This document shows positions 52,301-62,800 of a stretch of 64,000 bases of DNA, in pieces. The stretch lies in assembly GCA_002633005.1 (NCBI GenBank), contig NMRA01000009.1:853169-917168 (forward strand). The letters are read 5' to 3'. Position numbers and translations under genes: made by a program. The stretch comes from Phoronis australis. Its lineage: Eukaryota > Animalia > Phoronida. Each line of letters opens with the position of its first letter. Within the stretch, counting starts at the first letter, position 1. The notes under the pieces are model-generated. The model ran no database searches and was not told the origin of the DNA. It saw nothing but the letters and a program-made list of their open reading frames with translations.

Positions 52301-53730
52301 CGGAGCTTTTTCATCAAAAATGTTCCTGCGTTTCCTGCGTGAATGCACTTTTTCTATGTCATATTCCCACAAATCTGCGAGGCCAGTGACTCTCGGTGAT
52401 TTACAACAAAATCACAAAAGTACCACAGTTCTTGCGCTTTCGTAACTCTGGCCAAATAAAATAATATTAAGAAGCCACCAAGATTCACGTTGAAATTACT
52501 AACAAAACTGTCGGTAAATATTGCAAATTGTATGCTTACGGTTTGTCACAAAACAGCTATAAAATCTTACTGTCATGTTTGTCAGCCAAAAGACAGCGAG
52601 GACATGTTGGGTCAGCTAAAACTGCCTAACTCAGTGTATTCAAAAGGGTACCCCATGTAGCCATGCAGATGGTAATTCCTTTATGCGTAATGATCGTGAT
52701 ATCAATGTAATTCGGGAGAACTGAGCGGTGCTGGCGGTTAGGCTATTAATGTTTCAATATCAGTCACATGGAAGTAAGTTAAGTTCAAGTTAATTCTAGG
52801 TCATTGTCTTCTCGAAAAAAAATTGTTAGAAATCTTGAGAATTATTTCTTAGTAAACTGTGTTTTAACATGTTCGAGATCAGGCTTTAGCGAACATGTCA
52901 ATGCATTTGTAAAAACACCTCTAAGCAGGTATTGTGCTCTCTTCCACCTCTATGATCTTAGATAAATCTGTCCGATTATATACGGATGCGTAAAATCATA
53001 TTTTATTCACCATTATTTGGCTTGTCTTAATTGTGGACTTCAATGTGGTAACCTTATTCAGAAGGTCCATCGTGCATTAAGTTTTGTGTATAATGACTAT
53101 CCGTCTTCTTGCCCATTTCTACTGAACTCGACCAAGCGTATACCAACCGTGTACGTTAGATGTAAAAACATATGAATAGAATATCAACAGCCTTGGTCCA
53201 AGTATTTTCGGAAACTTTTTGGAGATTAAAATCCAACGTCACGATCAATGAAATGAGAGATCTCTTGTGACACCATAAAAGACACAACCGAACTGAAACC
53301 GATTTCGTAGCCAAAATAAACTGAAGGATGGACTGCCCAACTTCACTGAGCAAAAATCAGCTGCACTAGTACACGCAGAAATCCCATTGTCGTAATAGTT
53401 GTAATAGTCCTAGTGGTAGGCCCAGTAGTAATAGTAGTCGTAGTCGTGAGAAAGCCAAGTTTGGGTGCAGACACATTTTTCAGGGGACATTTCCCCAAAT
53501 AAAGGGCACAGGGATTTGTACACAGTGGTTGTTCAAAGACGCAGTTGTTCTGATCATCGATTTCTGTTAACTTCCATTCTTGACTTACATGATTTCATTT
53601 TTTCCCATACGTCATCTCCGTAGTGATCAATTCTTTCATCGATGTAAGGAATGTTGGCCAAGGCGAAAAGGTAGCGAGAACTTTCGGCTCTTCCACGAAA
53701 ATTAAAATATGTCAGTTTATAACCAGACAT
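43392..53730 (-). CDS. Glutathione S-transferase, sigma class (HPGDS-like), 208 aa, 5 coding exons
   Basis: Minus-strand exons 53730-53589, 49659-49567, 47656-47538, 44373-44266 and 43556-43392 are all GT-AG and in frame. Translation: MSGYKLTYFNFRGRAESSRYLFALANIPYIDERI..W / FLWQKLPQL..VQSRAIFRYLAEEFG / FMGNTNLEKARINMLMDCVDD / FLCQNEGGNGWFVGKN / VTLADIYIYN..YPKMKEHRERFEQLPQIKVWMAKRPVTAV*. Confidence 0.94.
44459..47021. mobile_element. hAT-like non-autonomous element in a GST2 intron
   Basis: TIRs CAGGTCCGTAGGAAG / CTTCCTACGGCCCTG (14 of 15 match). Flanks CGGTA / CAGTA. Contains the ~45032 MITE fragment. Confidence 0.6.
47779..47884. repeat. 12-14-bp tandem repeat (GACACAGTCTGAC)
   Basis: About 8 units directly visible. 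Confidence 0.9.
48508..48680. repeat. 33-bp tandem repeat, ~5 copies
   Basis: GGAATC at 48516, 48551, 48584, 48617 and 48650. Confidence 0.9.
49175..49458. repeat. ~56-bp tandem repeat, 5 copies
   Basis: AAGTAACCT at 49181, 49240, 49296, 49352 and 49407. Confidence 0.92.
50036..51696. mobile_element. Kolobok non-autonomous DNA transposon in GST2 intron 1
   Basis: TTAA-AGGAGCATGCCACC ... GGTGGCATTCTCCT-TTAA (13 of 14 TIR match, perfect TTAA TSD). THAP-like remnant on - (CIVPAC..AGISFF..RKW, ~51400-51530). YQFEQEYSDEE remnant on + (~51223-51255). Confidence 0.85.
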
Positions 53731-53945
53731 GTTTGCTGACCAGTGCCCTTTGTCTGGTATTATTTTACTTGAGGCTCACGCTCCGATAACCGCGGTGACC
53801 TAGCGAATACTCAATAGAGGAGATTTGTATTCTATTTATTTTAGGGGTTGAGACTGCAGTTATAGTGCGTGTGGTGATCCGTATCTCTGTCGATCTAGGC
53901 AGCAGGGGCCATATAGGAACAGCGGGCAGGGGGGGGGGGGGGGGN

Positions 53946-54508
53946 TTGTTTTTTTTGCGCCCATGGTTGTATCTCCCAAACCGTTTGCAGGATCTTTACT
54001 AAATTTAGCAAGTGTATTGATGTGATGTTGACAACGGACGATGACGACTTTAGGATGATTCTGACTACCGGTATGCCTCTAGTGGCAATTTTAGTATTTG
54101 CCTCTAGTGGCAATTTATAGTATTTTACATTGACCTCTGTATTTTCATAGGTCTTCAGGTGTATACTTTGTGTTACTTCGTGACTATGAAGGAAAAGTTC
54201 CAAGTAGAAATTTGTTTCTGGCATTCTAATGCTATGCTAATCTCGTATGTTGGTAAATTTGTTTTTATTCTATGTTTCTGTGGTGCTTTAAGCAACTGGT
54301 GTATAGGATGTGCTTGTATTATGAAGATTACTCACATTTTGCCCCTAGCCTATTGAGGAGACAATGACCATGCCTTTCCATTTTGCTAAGTACAACAGAC
54401 TACATATATGCTCTCTACTGGCCACTTTGTGGTACCAATAAACAACCCTAGAAGGATACCGTATGCGGTGCAATTGTGGGCGCATTTCAACGCTCTGCGT
54501 TGCTCTTG
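53946..54508 (+). mobile_element. HINE/DINE-1-like element, copy A (5'-truncated)
   Basis: Partial repeat monomers followed by the 3' module GTGGGCGCAT-TT-CAACGCTCTGCGTTG-CTCTTG, shared with copies B and C. Confidence 0.75.
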
Positions 54509-54617
54509 TGTATAATGGTGGTCCTATAACTCTGGCCTGTATTAGTGTATAATGGTGGTCCTTTAACCCTGGCCTGTATTAGTGTAAAATGGTGGTCCTA
54601 TAACTCTGGCCTGTACT
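54507..54617. repeat. ~37-bp tandem repeat, 3 copies
   Basis: GTGTATAATGGTGGTCCTATAACTCTGGCCTGTATTA x3 with minor changes. Confidence 0.88.
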
Positions 54618-54669
54618 CATGGGCGGCGCAACGGCACCATAGGGGGCTGGGGAGGCTATAGCCTCCACT

Positions 54670-55788
54670 TTTTTAAGCGCCCACATTTTCATATGCGGAC
54701 GCATTATGCCGTCATCTGCGTCTGTCTTTGACATACGTTCATGAAATTTGTCACATGTTTCTTTTATGGATAGGACGACATGAGCGAACTTTCGGATGGA
54801 TCCGACCACTGATGTGCCCCCTAGTGGCAATTTTAGTTTTTTACGCTTACCTCTATATGTTCAAAGGTCCTCAACATACTTTCATAAAATTTGGAATATA
54901 GCATCTATTAGCTATCCTTCCGTTTTCGGATGCATTCGACGAAGTTTGTGCCACTTAGTGACCATTTTTGCTGTTTTCGAATCTTTTTTTGGTGTCCACA
55001 CCTCTATCAACCAAACCGCTCTAAGTATGATTGTGAAAATTGGCATGTATGTTTTTACTATAAAGAGGATGAATGACAATGATTTTCCGACGATTTCGTC
55101 TACTGTGGCGCTTCCTAGTGACAGTTTTGTTTTGTTTTGTGGCCATGCCTGTATCTCCTAAACCGTTGGCAGGATCTTTACTAAATTTAGCAAGTATATT
55201 TATATGATGTTGACAATAGATAACGACGACATTCGGACGCATCTGACTACTGGTGTGACCCCTAGTGGCAATTTCAACTTTTTACGTTTTCCTCTGTATC
55301 TTCAAAGGTCGTCAACATATTTTCATAAAATTTGGCATCCACCCCTCAATCAACCAAACTATTCTAAGGATGATTTTGAAAATCGGCGTGTATGTTCTCA
55401 ATGTGAAGAAGGCGGTTGCCTTTTAGGAGTTCGACTACTGTGGCACCTCCTAGTGAAAGTTTTGTTTTGTTTTGCGCCCATAGCTGCATCTCGTAACACA
55501 CTGCATGATCTTCACCAAATTTAGTAATTGTATTTATATGAAGCTGACAACAGACGACGTCTTTCAGGCCAATCCAATGAATGCTGTGCCCCTGAAGTTC
55601 CTTGACAGATTTTTGTGATATTTGGTAAATAGCTTTCTCTTAAAGAAGCGATGGCATTTTTGCGTTTTCAGTTGGATTGGATGTTTTTGCGCCATCTAGT
55701 GGCTATTTTTACGAAACAAACAACCTTAGAAGCACACCATTTGCGGTGCATTCTTGGGTGCATTTCAACATTCCATGTTGCTCTTGTT
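54670..55788 (+). mobile_element. HINE/DINE-1-like element, copy B, with internal tandem array
   Basis: T-run + AAGCGCCCACAT..ATGCGGACGCAT 5' inverted repeat, short GTCT tract, ~150-bp monomers, 3' GGGTGCAT + hairpin CAACAT-TCC-ATGTTG + CTCTTGTT. Confidence 0.82.
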
Positions 55789-56899
55789 CAGTGCTCCGAC
55801 GTCCATGGTCTATGGTTGGTGCACCACAGGGGAGCTTGGAGCTACAGACCCTACTTTTTTAGTGCTGCACCACCCCTGGTACTAGTACATCATAGTGATC
55901 CTGCTTTTCGGGGTGTAATTTATCTGGAAGTCAAACCTACTGAACTTAAAGTCTAAATTCTTTAAATTGTTTTGATATTGCTATAGGCTAACTTATGTCA
56001 TCAGTCATGGATCATAGTCAACAGATTTGCATCTGATATTTTTAAAATTCTCAGCAGAGGCAACAACACTTTGTGTGGTAATGCCAGGTTCCGTTTAGTG
56101 TCTTTGGACTGGTATTCATTTTATAGCCTAGCAGTGCATGGCAAGACTGGAACGTCTTACTTTAGTAGAATTTGTGATGCTGTGAGTTATTTTGACAATT
56201 TTTCAGGAAATTCCAAAGTTCAAGTTCTAATGAAACAAATCGTAGTCAGCAGACATATAACAAGCAAAACAGGCAGCACTGTTTTTGGTCCACTAACCTT
56301 ACTTGGCTAAGGTTGATGGTTTTGCCAACCGATGATTATTGCCAGCAGCTGGCGATAACCACAAAGCCCAACAAGTTCAGACTTTCTTTTCAATAAACTT
56401 TGTCCTTTTTCATGTTTTTTATCATTTACTCATTTAATCTAGTTAAATTCAACTCTATTACCAGTGCAATTTACTTGGCCATTTGTTAAAAATTGTTTGT
56501 TGGCAGCCATGTTTTTTATATTATGGCCTAGGTCACTACTCATTTTGGTCACTTTGGCCTGTGATTTTCATGTTTACCTTTGACAAAACTCTGGAAGAGA
56601 TACAATTGTAGTTTTGGCAGTATTTAGACTATTGTTTGCTGGTAACTGTTTCGATACAATGTTTGTTTAGGCTAGTAAATGTTATTTTTGCAATCAAAAA
56701 GTAAATCAGATGATCGTTCCCATTACAGGCTCATCACCTGTACACCTACCATCAATAGTGACATTATAGCTTGTGCGTACACCTACCATCACTAGTGACA
56801 TTATAGCTTGTGCATTAACAATAAGAGTGGGTACCATAGTTCTTACCAGTCCAAACGCTGGAACAAAATGGCTAGGAATTCTTCAATTTGGAACACAGC

Positions 56900-59800
56900 A
56901 TGGCGGACAGGTGAAATTTCATTTCATTCTGATTTGAAGAATTTTTACCGTACTCAGGATCCAGGATTTTGAGTTAGGGGGGCCATAGCAGAGTATTAGT
57001 GAGGATTTTGCCTGTCAGGCACTCATACTGCCAAATGGAATCTAGAAGACTTTTAGGGGGGCATAACCCCTTGCCCCCCTCCCTTTAAATCTGCCACTGG
57101 TACTTTCGTCGGACCGTCCTGCTTGCGTGTATTCATAGACAATTAAAAGTATATTAGAGAAGCATCTTGAAACATTTATTTCCATATTTATATGAGGCTT
57201 TATTGTATGATTTTCAGTGTTTTATTAGTTCTTTGTGACCATCACAAAATCAAGTTGTAACTGGTGTGGAGTGGCATAACTAAATAAATCACTTAGAAAT
57301 TTTGACACAAAATGTTGAATTTGAATGAAACAAATTGCATTTCATTTTGTCTACTTGCCCTAGGGTTTTGTACCTTGCATGGCCAGAATTACAAATTGGG
57401 TCAAACTCACTGTTTTCATGCACTCAAAGGTTTTATGTCGAATACTCTCGATTGATTCTAAAATTTGTAAGAAATTTCACAGTTTAATTGAGTTTTTTCA
57501 ATAATGATCACTTACATAGTGTCGACAATATTGACTAGGAACTTGATAGGGAAATGACACTGGACGAGAGTTGCAGTTATGTTATGTAGTATTATGAAAG
57601 GTGGTAAATTGCCTGGACTAGATAAGATAGAATATACTTTTTTGATTATGATTTTGTAAAATCAAAAAAAACCTATTTGTAAATTATAGCCTTGGTTTTT
57701 AAAATTTAATGGAATCTGAGCTAAGGCCCGTTTCAAAATTCTGAAACATTGTTTTTGGATTCAAAGGGTAATTAACATTTTAGTGTTTTTAAGAAATTAT
57801 TGCATTTCAAAGAAACTACGCTCTGAAGTTACTTTTGGGGAAAATTTGCAAAATGATGAAACCAGATTGCATGAGAAAATCTCAGTCATTTGTCTCTTTG
57901 TATTCTCTATTCTTATTTCTATCCAGAAATGTATACTATTCTAGGTTTTACACCAGTTAATTTTTGACTTGCTATAAAGGAAATGTTACAACTTATTTTC
58001 AGACTGAAAGACAAGAGAATGTTTAAGTATTTCAAGAGACAGAAAGAAAAGTCGTACACTAAAGAAAACATTAATGAGTTCGATGTAACTATTGATCGTG
58101 AAATCGTCTATGAAGAACTAAAAAATGAGGTAACACCTTAAATTTACCCTTGCTTAGAGTTTTATTTTTTTTTCAGCAATTACATAACTTTATTTTGCCA
58201 TTATGTGTCTTGTATCAACAGTTGAGTATGTTATTGCTAATGTGAAATGATAAGATAAAAGTCGAAAACATCCAGTTCAATTTTAACTCATTGTTTAACA
58301 TTTCAGATTCTTAAAGCAGAACAGTATCATCCAACTGACCCCAAAAAGATGGAGGAATATTATCCTTCAATTAATGAAGAGCAAAATAAGGCACTGATGG
58401 CATCTGTGGAGAAATACGTGTATTACCCTGGTGATACTATTCGAGGCAGTGTAACTTTGACACTTAGGAGTGACATTCCAGCAAAAATATTGAAGGTAAA
58501 GCTTGAAGAATGACAAAGCATTCAATTATGTTAGCCACATGCTGCCATTTGTTTGGCTTATAACACGCAGACCAGCCAACCACTACGGTGTTGGCGTAGG
58601 TTGTCACATACTGCCATTTCCTTGGCTTCGTATAACACGCAGACCAGCCAACCACTGCGGTGTTAGCATAGGTTGTCACATACTGCCATTTCCTTGGCTT
58701 CGTATGACACGCAGACCTGCCAACCACTACGGTGTTGGCGTAGGTTGTCACATACTGCCATTTCCTTGGCTTCATATAACACACAGACCTGCCAACCACT
58801 ACGATGGCATAGAATTTGAAAACTGTATTGGGTTGGAGTTTTTATTTCTTATGTGTTTCAAAAATTATAGTGAATCTGATGATTTTTCTAGAAATTCTTG
58901 CAATATGCAAAGTGAATATTTCTCACCTTAACATTCCCAGGAAGTAGACTCCCCACGATCTGTTTGAAAGGTATTTTCTAGGAGTTTTTGCATTCCATGC
59001 CTCTTTAAAGCGTGACAGATACCCACAGAAGAATTTTATTTTTGTATGTCGTCTCTGGACCTCAGTGTCATAGTTCACATTCAAAAGCATTTCACAAACA
59101 CAATATAACTGAAGTGCCGGAGGAGAAAACCGAAAACACGTTCTTAAACCTCATCGTGTGGTCTATTTAAGGATTGAGTTTCAAGAAATTACCAATATTT
59201 GCCAAATTAAATTTTTTGTCATTTTTATTAAATAAAACTCAGATGTCGTGAAATCTGTGAGAATGGGAGAAAAATTGTTTTCCATTTGGTAGTGCATTTA
59301 TGGAAAAAATTTTGTAGTGTTTGAAAACTACAAAATGATGGCCATAATCACCATCTTAACTGTAAATTTTATGTACATCGTAACGAATGCTCAGTGGTCA
59401 TGTGCACATCCAAACTGAAGTTAGTGCATGACCTCTCAGGAAGAAAACGTGTTGTGGGCAAAACTTGAATGCCTCAACAAAATGGCTGCCTTATCTGCCA
59501 CATTACAGTGAATGCTTTTGAAGCTCTGCATAATGGTATTACCCATACGGTTCTACTGTATTGCCTTTATCTGAAATAATTCCTTTTTCTTATCCTTTTT
59601 ATGCGCCCACATATTTATATGTGGACGCATTATGCCGTCATCTCTGTCCGTCCGGGCAACGTCCGTCTGGGCAACGTCCGTCTGGCGTCCGGCGTCCGCT
59701 GCTCTGTCTCCAAAAGCGGTTGAAGTATGTTCGTGAAATTTTGCACGTATGTTCATTTTAGGGATGGGACGGCATGAGCAAACTTTCGGATGGATCTGAC

Positions 59801-62800
59801 TACCAGTGTGCCCCCTAGTGGCAATTTTAGTTGTTTACGTTTACCTCTATCTTCAAAGGTCTCAACATATTTTCACAAAATTTGATATATAGGCATCTAT
59901 TAGTGAGATGACGGTATCCTCTCGTTTTCAGATGGGTTCGACGTAGTTTGCGCCACCTAGTGGCCATTTTTACTGTTTTCGAGTCTGTCCTTTAGCGTCC
60001 ACTCCTCTATCAACCAAACCGCTCTAAGCATGATTGTGAAAATTGGCATATATGCTCTTACTATGAAGAGGACGGTTGACGATGATTTTCCGATGACTTC
60101 GACTACTGTGGCACCTCCTAGTGGCAGTTTTTTTTTTGTACCCATGGCTATATCTTCTAAACCTTTTGCAGGATCTTTACTAAATTTAGTAATTGCATTT
60201 ATATGATGCTAACAATGGACGACGACGACTTTAGGACAGATCTGACTACTGGTGTGCCACCTAGTGGCAATTTAATTTGTTTACATTTACCTCTGTATCT
60301 TCAAAGGTCCTCAATGTATTTTCATAAAATTTGATGTGCAGGCTTCTGTTAGTGAGGTGACGCTACCTTTTCAGTTTTCAGGTGGATTCGACCTAGTTTG
60401 TGTCACCTAGTGGCCATATTTACTGTTTTTGAGTTTGTGTTTTGGCGTCCACCTCTCTTTCAACCAAACCATTTCAGGATAATTGTGAAAATTGGCATGT
60501 GTGTTGTTATTATGAAGTGGACAGGTGACGATGATTTTATGATGACTTCAACTATTGTGGCGCCTCCTAGTGTCAGTTTTTTTTTCACCCGTGGCTGTAT
60601 CTCCTAAACCGTTTGCAGGATCTTTACTAAATTTAACAAGTGTGTTTATATGATGTTGACAACAGACGACGACGATTTTCAAATGGATCTGACTACTGGT
60701 GTGTCTCCTGGGGGAATTTTAGTTTTGTGTTTACCTCTATTCCTTCAAAGGTCCTCAATGGATTTTCTTAAAATTTTCAATACGGGCATCTATTGATGAG
60801 ATGATGCTATCCTCCCATTTTCGGATGGAATCAAGGCATTTTGCGTCACCTGGTGGCCATTTTTGCTGTTTTTTAATCTGTTTTTTGCCGTCTATGCCTC
60901 TGTCAACCAAATTATTCTGAGGATGTTTTTGAAAGTTGGTGTATATGTTTTCAGTGTGAAGAGAACGGTTGACGATAATAACTTTGACTACTGTGGTGCC
61001 TCCTAGTGGTAGTTTTGTTTTGTTTTGTTTTATTTTGCGCCCATAGCTGTATGTCCTAAACCCACTGCAGGATCTTTATTAAATTTAATTAGTAAGTGTA
61101 TTTATATGAAGCTAAAAACAGACTCTGACGACTTTCAGGCGGATCCAATGAACACTGTGCCCCCTAATGGCAATTTCATTTTATTCTGTTTTCCGTTGTT
61201 TCTCTGAAGTTTCGTGACGGATTTCTATGAAATTTGGTGTATAGCTTTCTGTTAAAGAAGCAATGACATGTTCCCGTTTTCAGATGGATTGTACATCTTT
61301 GTGCCATCTAGTGGCCATTTTTATGACACAAATAAACCACCCTAAAAGCACACCATTTGCGATGCATTCGTGGGCGTATTTCAACGCTCCGCGTTGCTCT
61401 TGTTTTTACTCAAGTGATTCGCATGCACCTAGGTTTCGCATATAAGTGCAGTTCTGCACAGATGCCCATAAACCTAGTGGTGCGACAATTATGATATGTA
61501 CGTGCCTGTTTTGAGGGCCTATATTAAAAATGTGGGCTTTCGTAGTGTTTAAGTCTGATTTTTGGTGGAAAAATTGCAGGTTGTATGGAAATTTCATGTC
61601 AACCAAATAAGAAATGCAAGCTGCAGCATCCGAACGAACAAAATTCACCACAACTGAGCCGGACAGATTAACATACTTGGCAATATTTTGCCAGGTTCCT
61701 TAAGTGGTATAGATTCCTATTTGTGTTTCAGTTTTATGCAGACCACATGTAAAAATGCTTTGACCCAGTTTTACCAGTATTGCACTGCAGGCACCAACAC
61801 TTGCTATCTCAGTGGTGGAAGTTTTACGCTAGTTTCACTGTTTGCATTTGTTATCATTTCAGATAGCCTTTTTGGGTATATCAGTTGTACATTATGAAGG
61901 CAGTGATGACTACATAAAAGAGAAAAGTGAGCAGCTGTACTACCAAGAATTACCTCTCTGGGCTTTTACTGGCTCCACCAACCCCATTCTGTGTGTTGGC
62001 AGCTATAAGTATGTATTTTGAAGTATAAATCTTTATCCATCCAGGAAAGTTCATAATCAAAGACATTAAAGCTTTTCCGCTGGACTGTTGTACTAACTAA
62101 AATATTTAACCCCTCGGAAGCATCTCTCTCCTTTCTTGAGGAATGGTTGAATGACTAGAATGGTGGGACAGGTGGAGCTTCACGAGATATGATCTGTAGC
62201 ACCGTTCCAAGCAGCGAGATGCAACCTGTAGTACCGTTCCAAGCAGCGAGATGTTATCTTTAGCACCGTTCCAAGCAGCGAGATGCGATGTGTTGCACCG
62301 TTCCAAGCAGCGAGATGCGATCTGTAGCACCGTTCCAAGCAGCGAGAGCACAGCGGAAAGTTCCACCTGTCCCACCATTCTAGTCATTCAACCATTCCTC
62401 AAGAAGGGAGCGGGATGCTCCTGAGGGCTTACGGATTTTAGTACTATTATAGTCCAGTGGAACATATTTAATGTCTTTGATTACAAGTATGCATCCTTCT
62501 AAGACCCTGTAAGAGTGATTTGACTGTACTGTTGAAAGCTACACGTTGTTTAGGTGACTAACATTTCTTATCAAATAGCCTTTATTACAATATTTCACAA
62601 GTATTCATCGTCTGCTACTATTCATCGTCTGCTACTATTCATCGTCTGCTTCATGTTAACATTTCGAATATAAGCTAATTCTTCATTTTGCTTTCCCAAA
62701 ATACTCAGAATAATTTTTTTCTGAAAGATGTGGTGACTGAACTCAGTAGAATTTGTACTTTAATATATTTTCATGTTGTATGATGAAATTTTTTGCTGGA

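Noticed and set aside
58464-58931. Repetitive ORFs on both strands (KPRKWQYVTTYANT...)
   Set aside because: By-product of a 72-bp (multiple of 3) intronic tandem repeat; no splice or domain support.
62195-62350. CRISPR-like repeat/spacer pattern
   Set aside because: The variable parts are ~10 bp and related to each other; it is a tandem array inside a foldback element.
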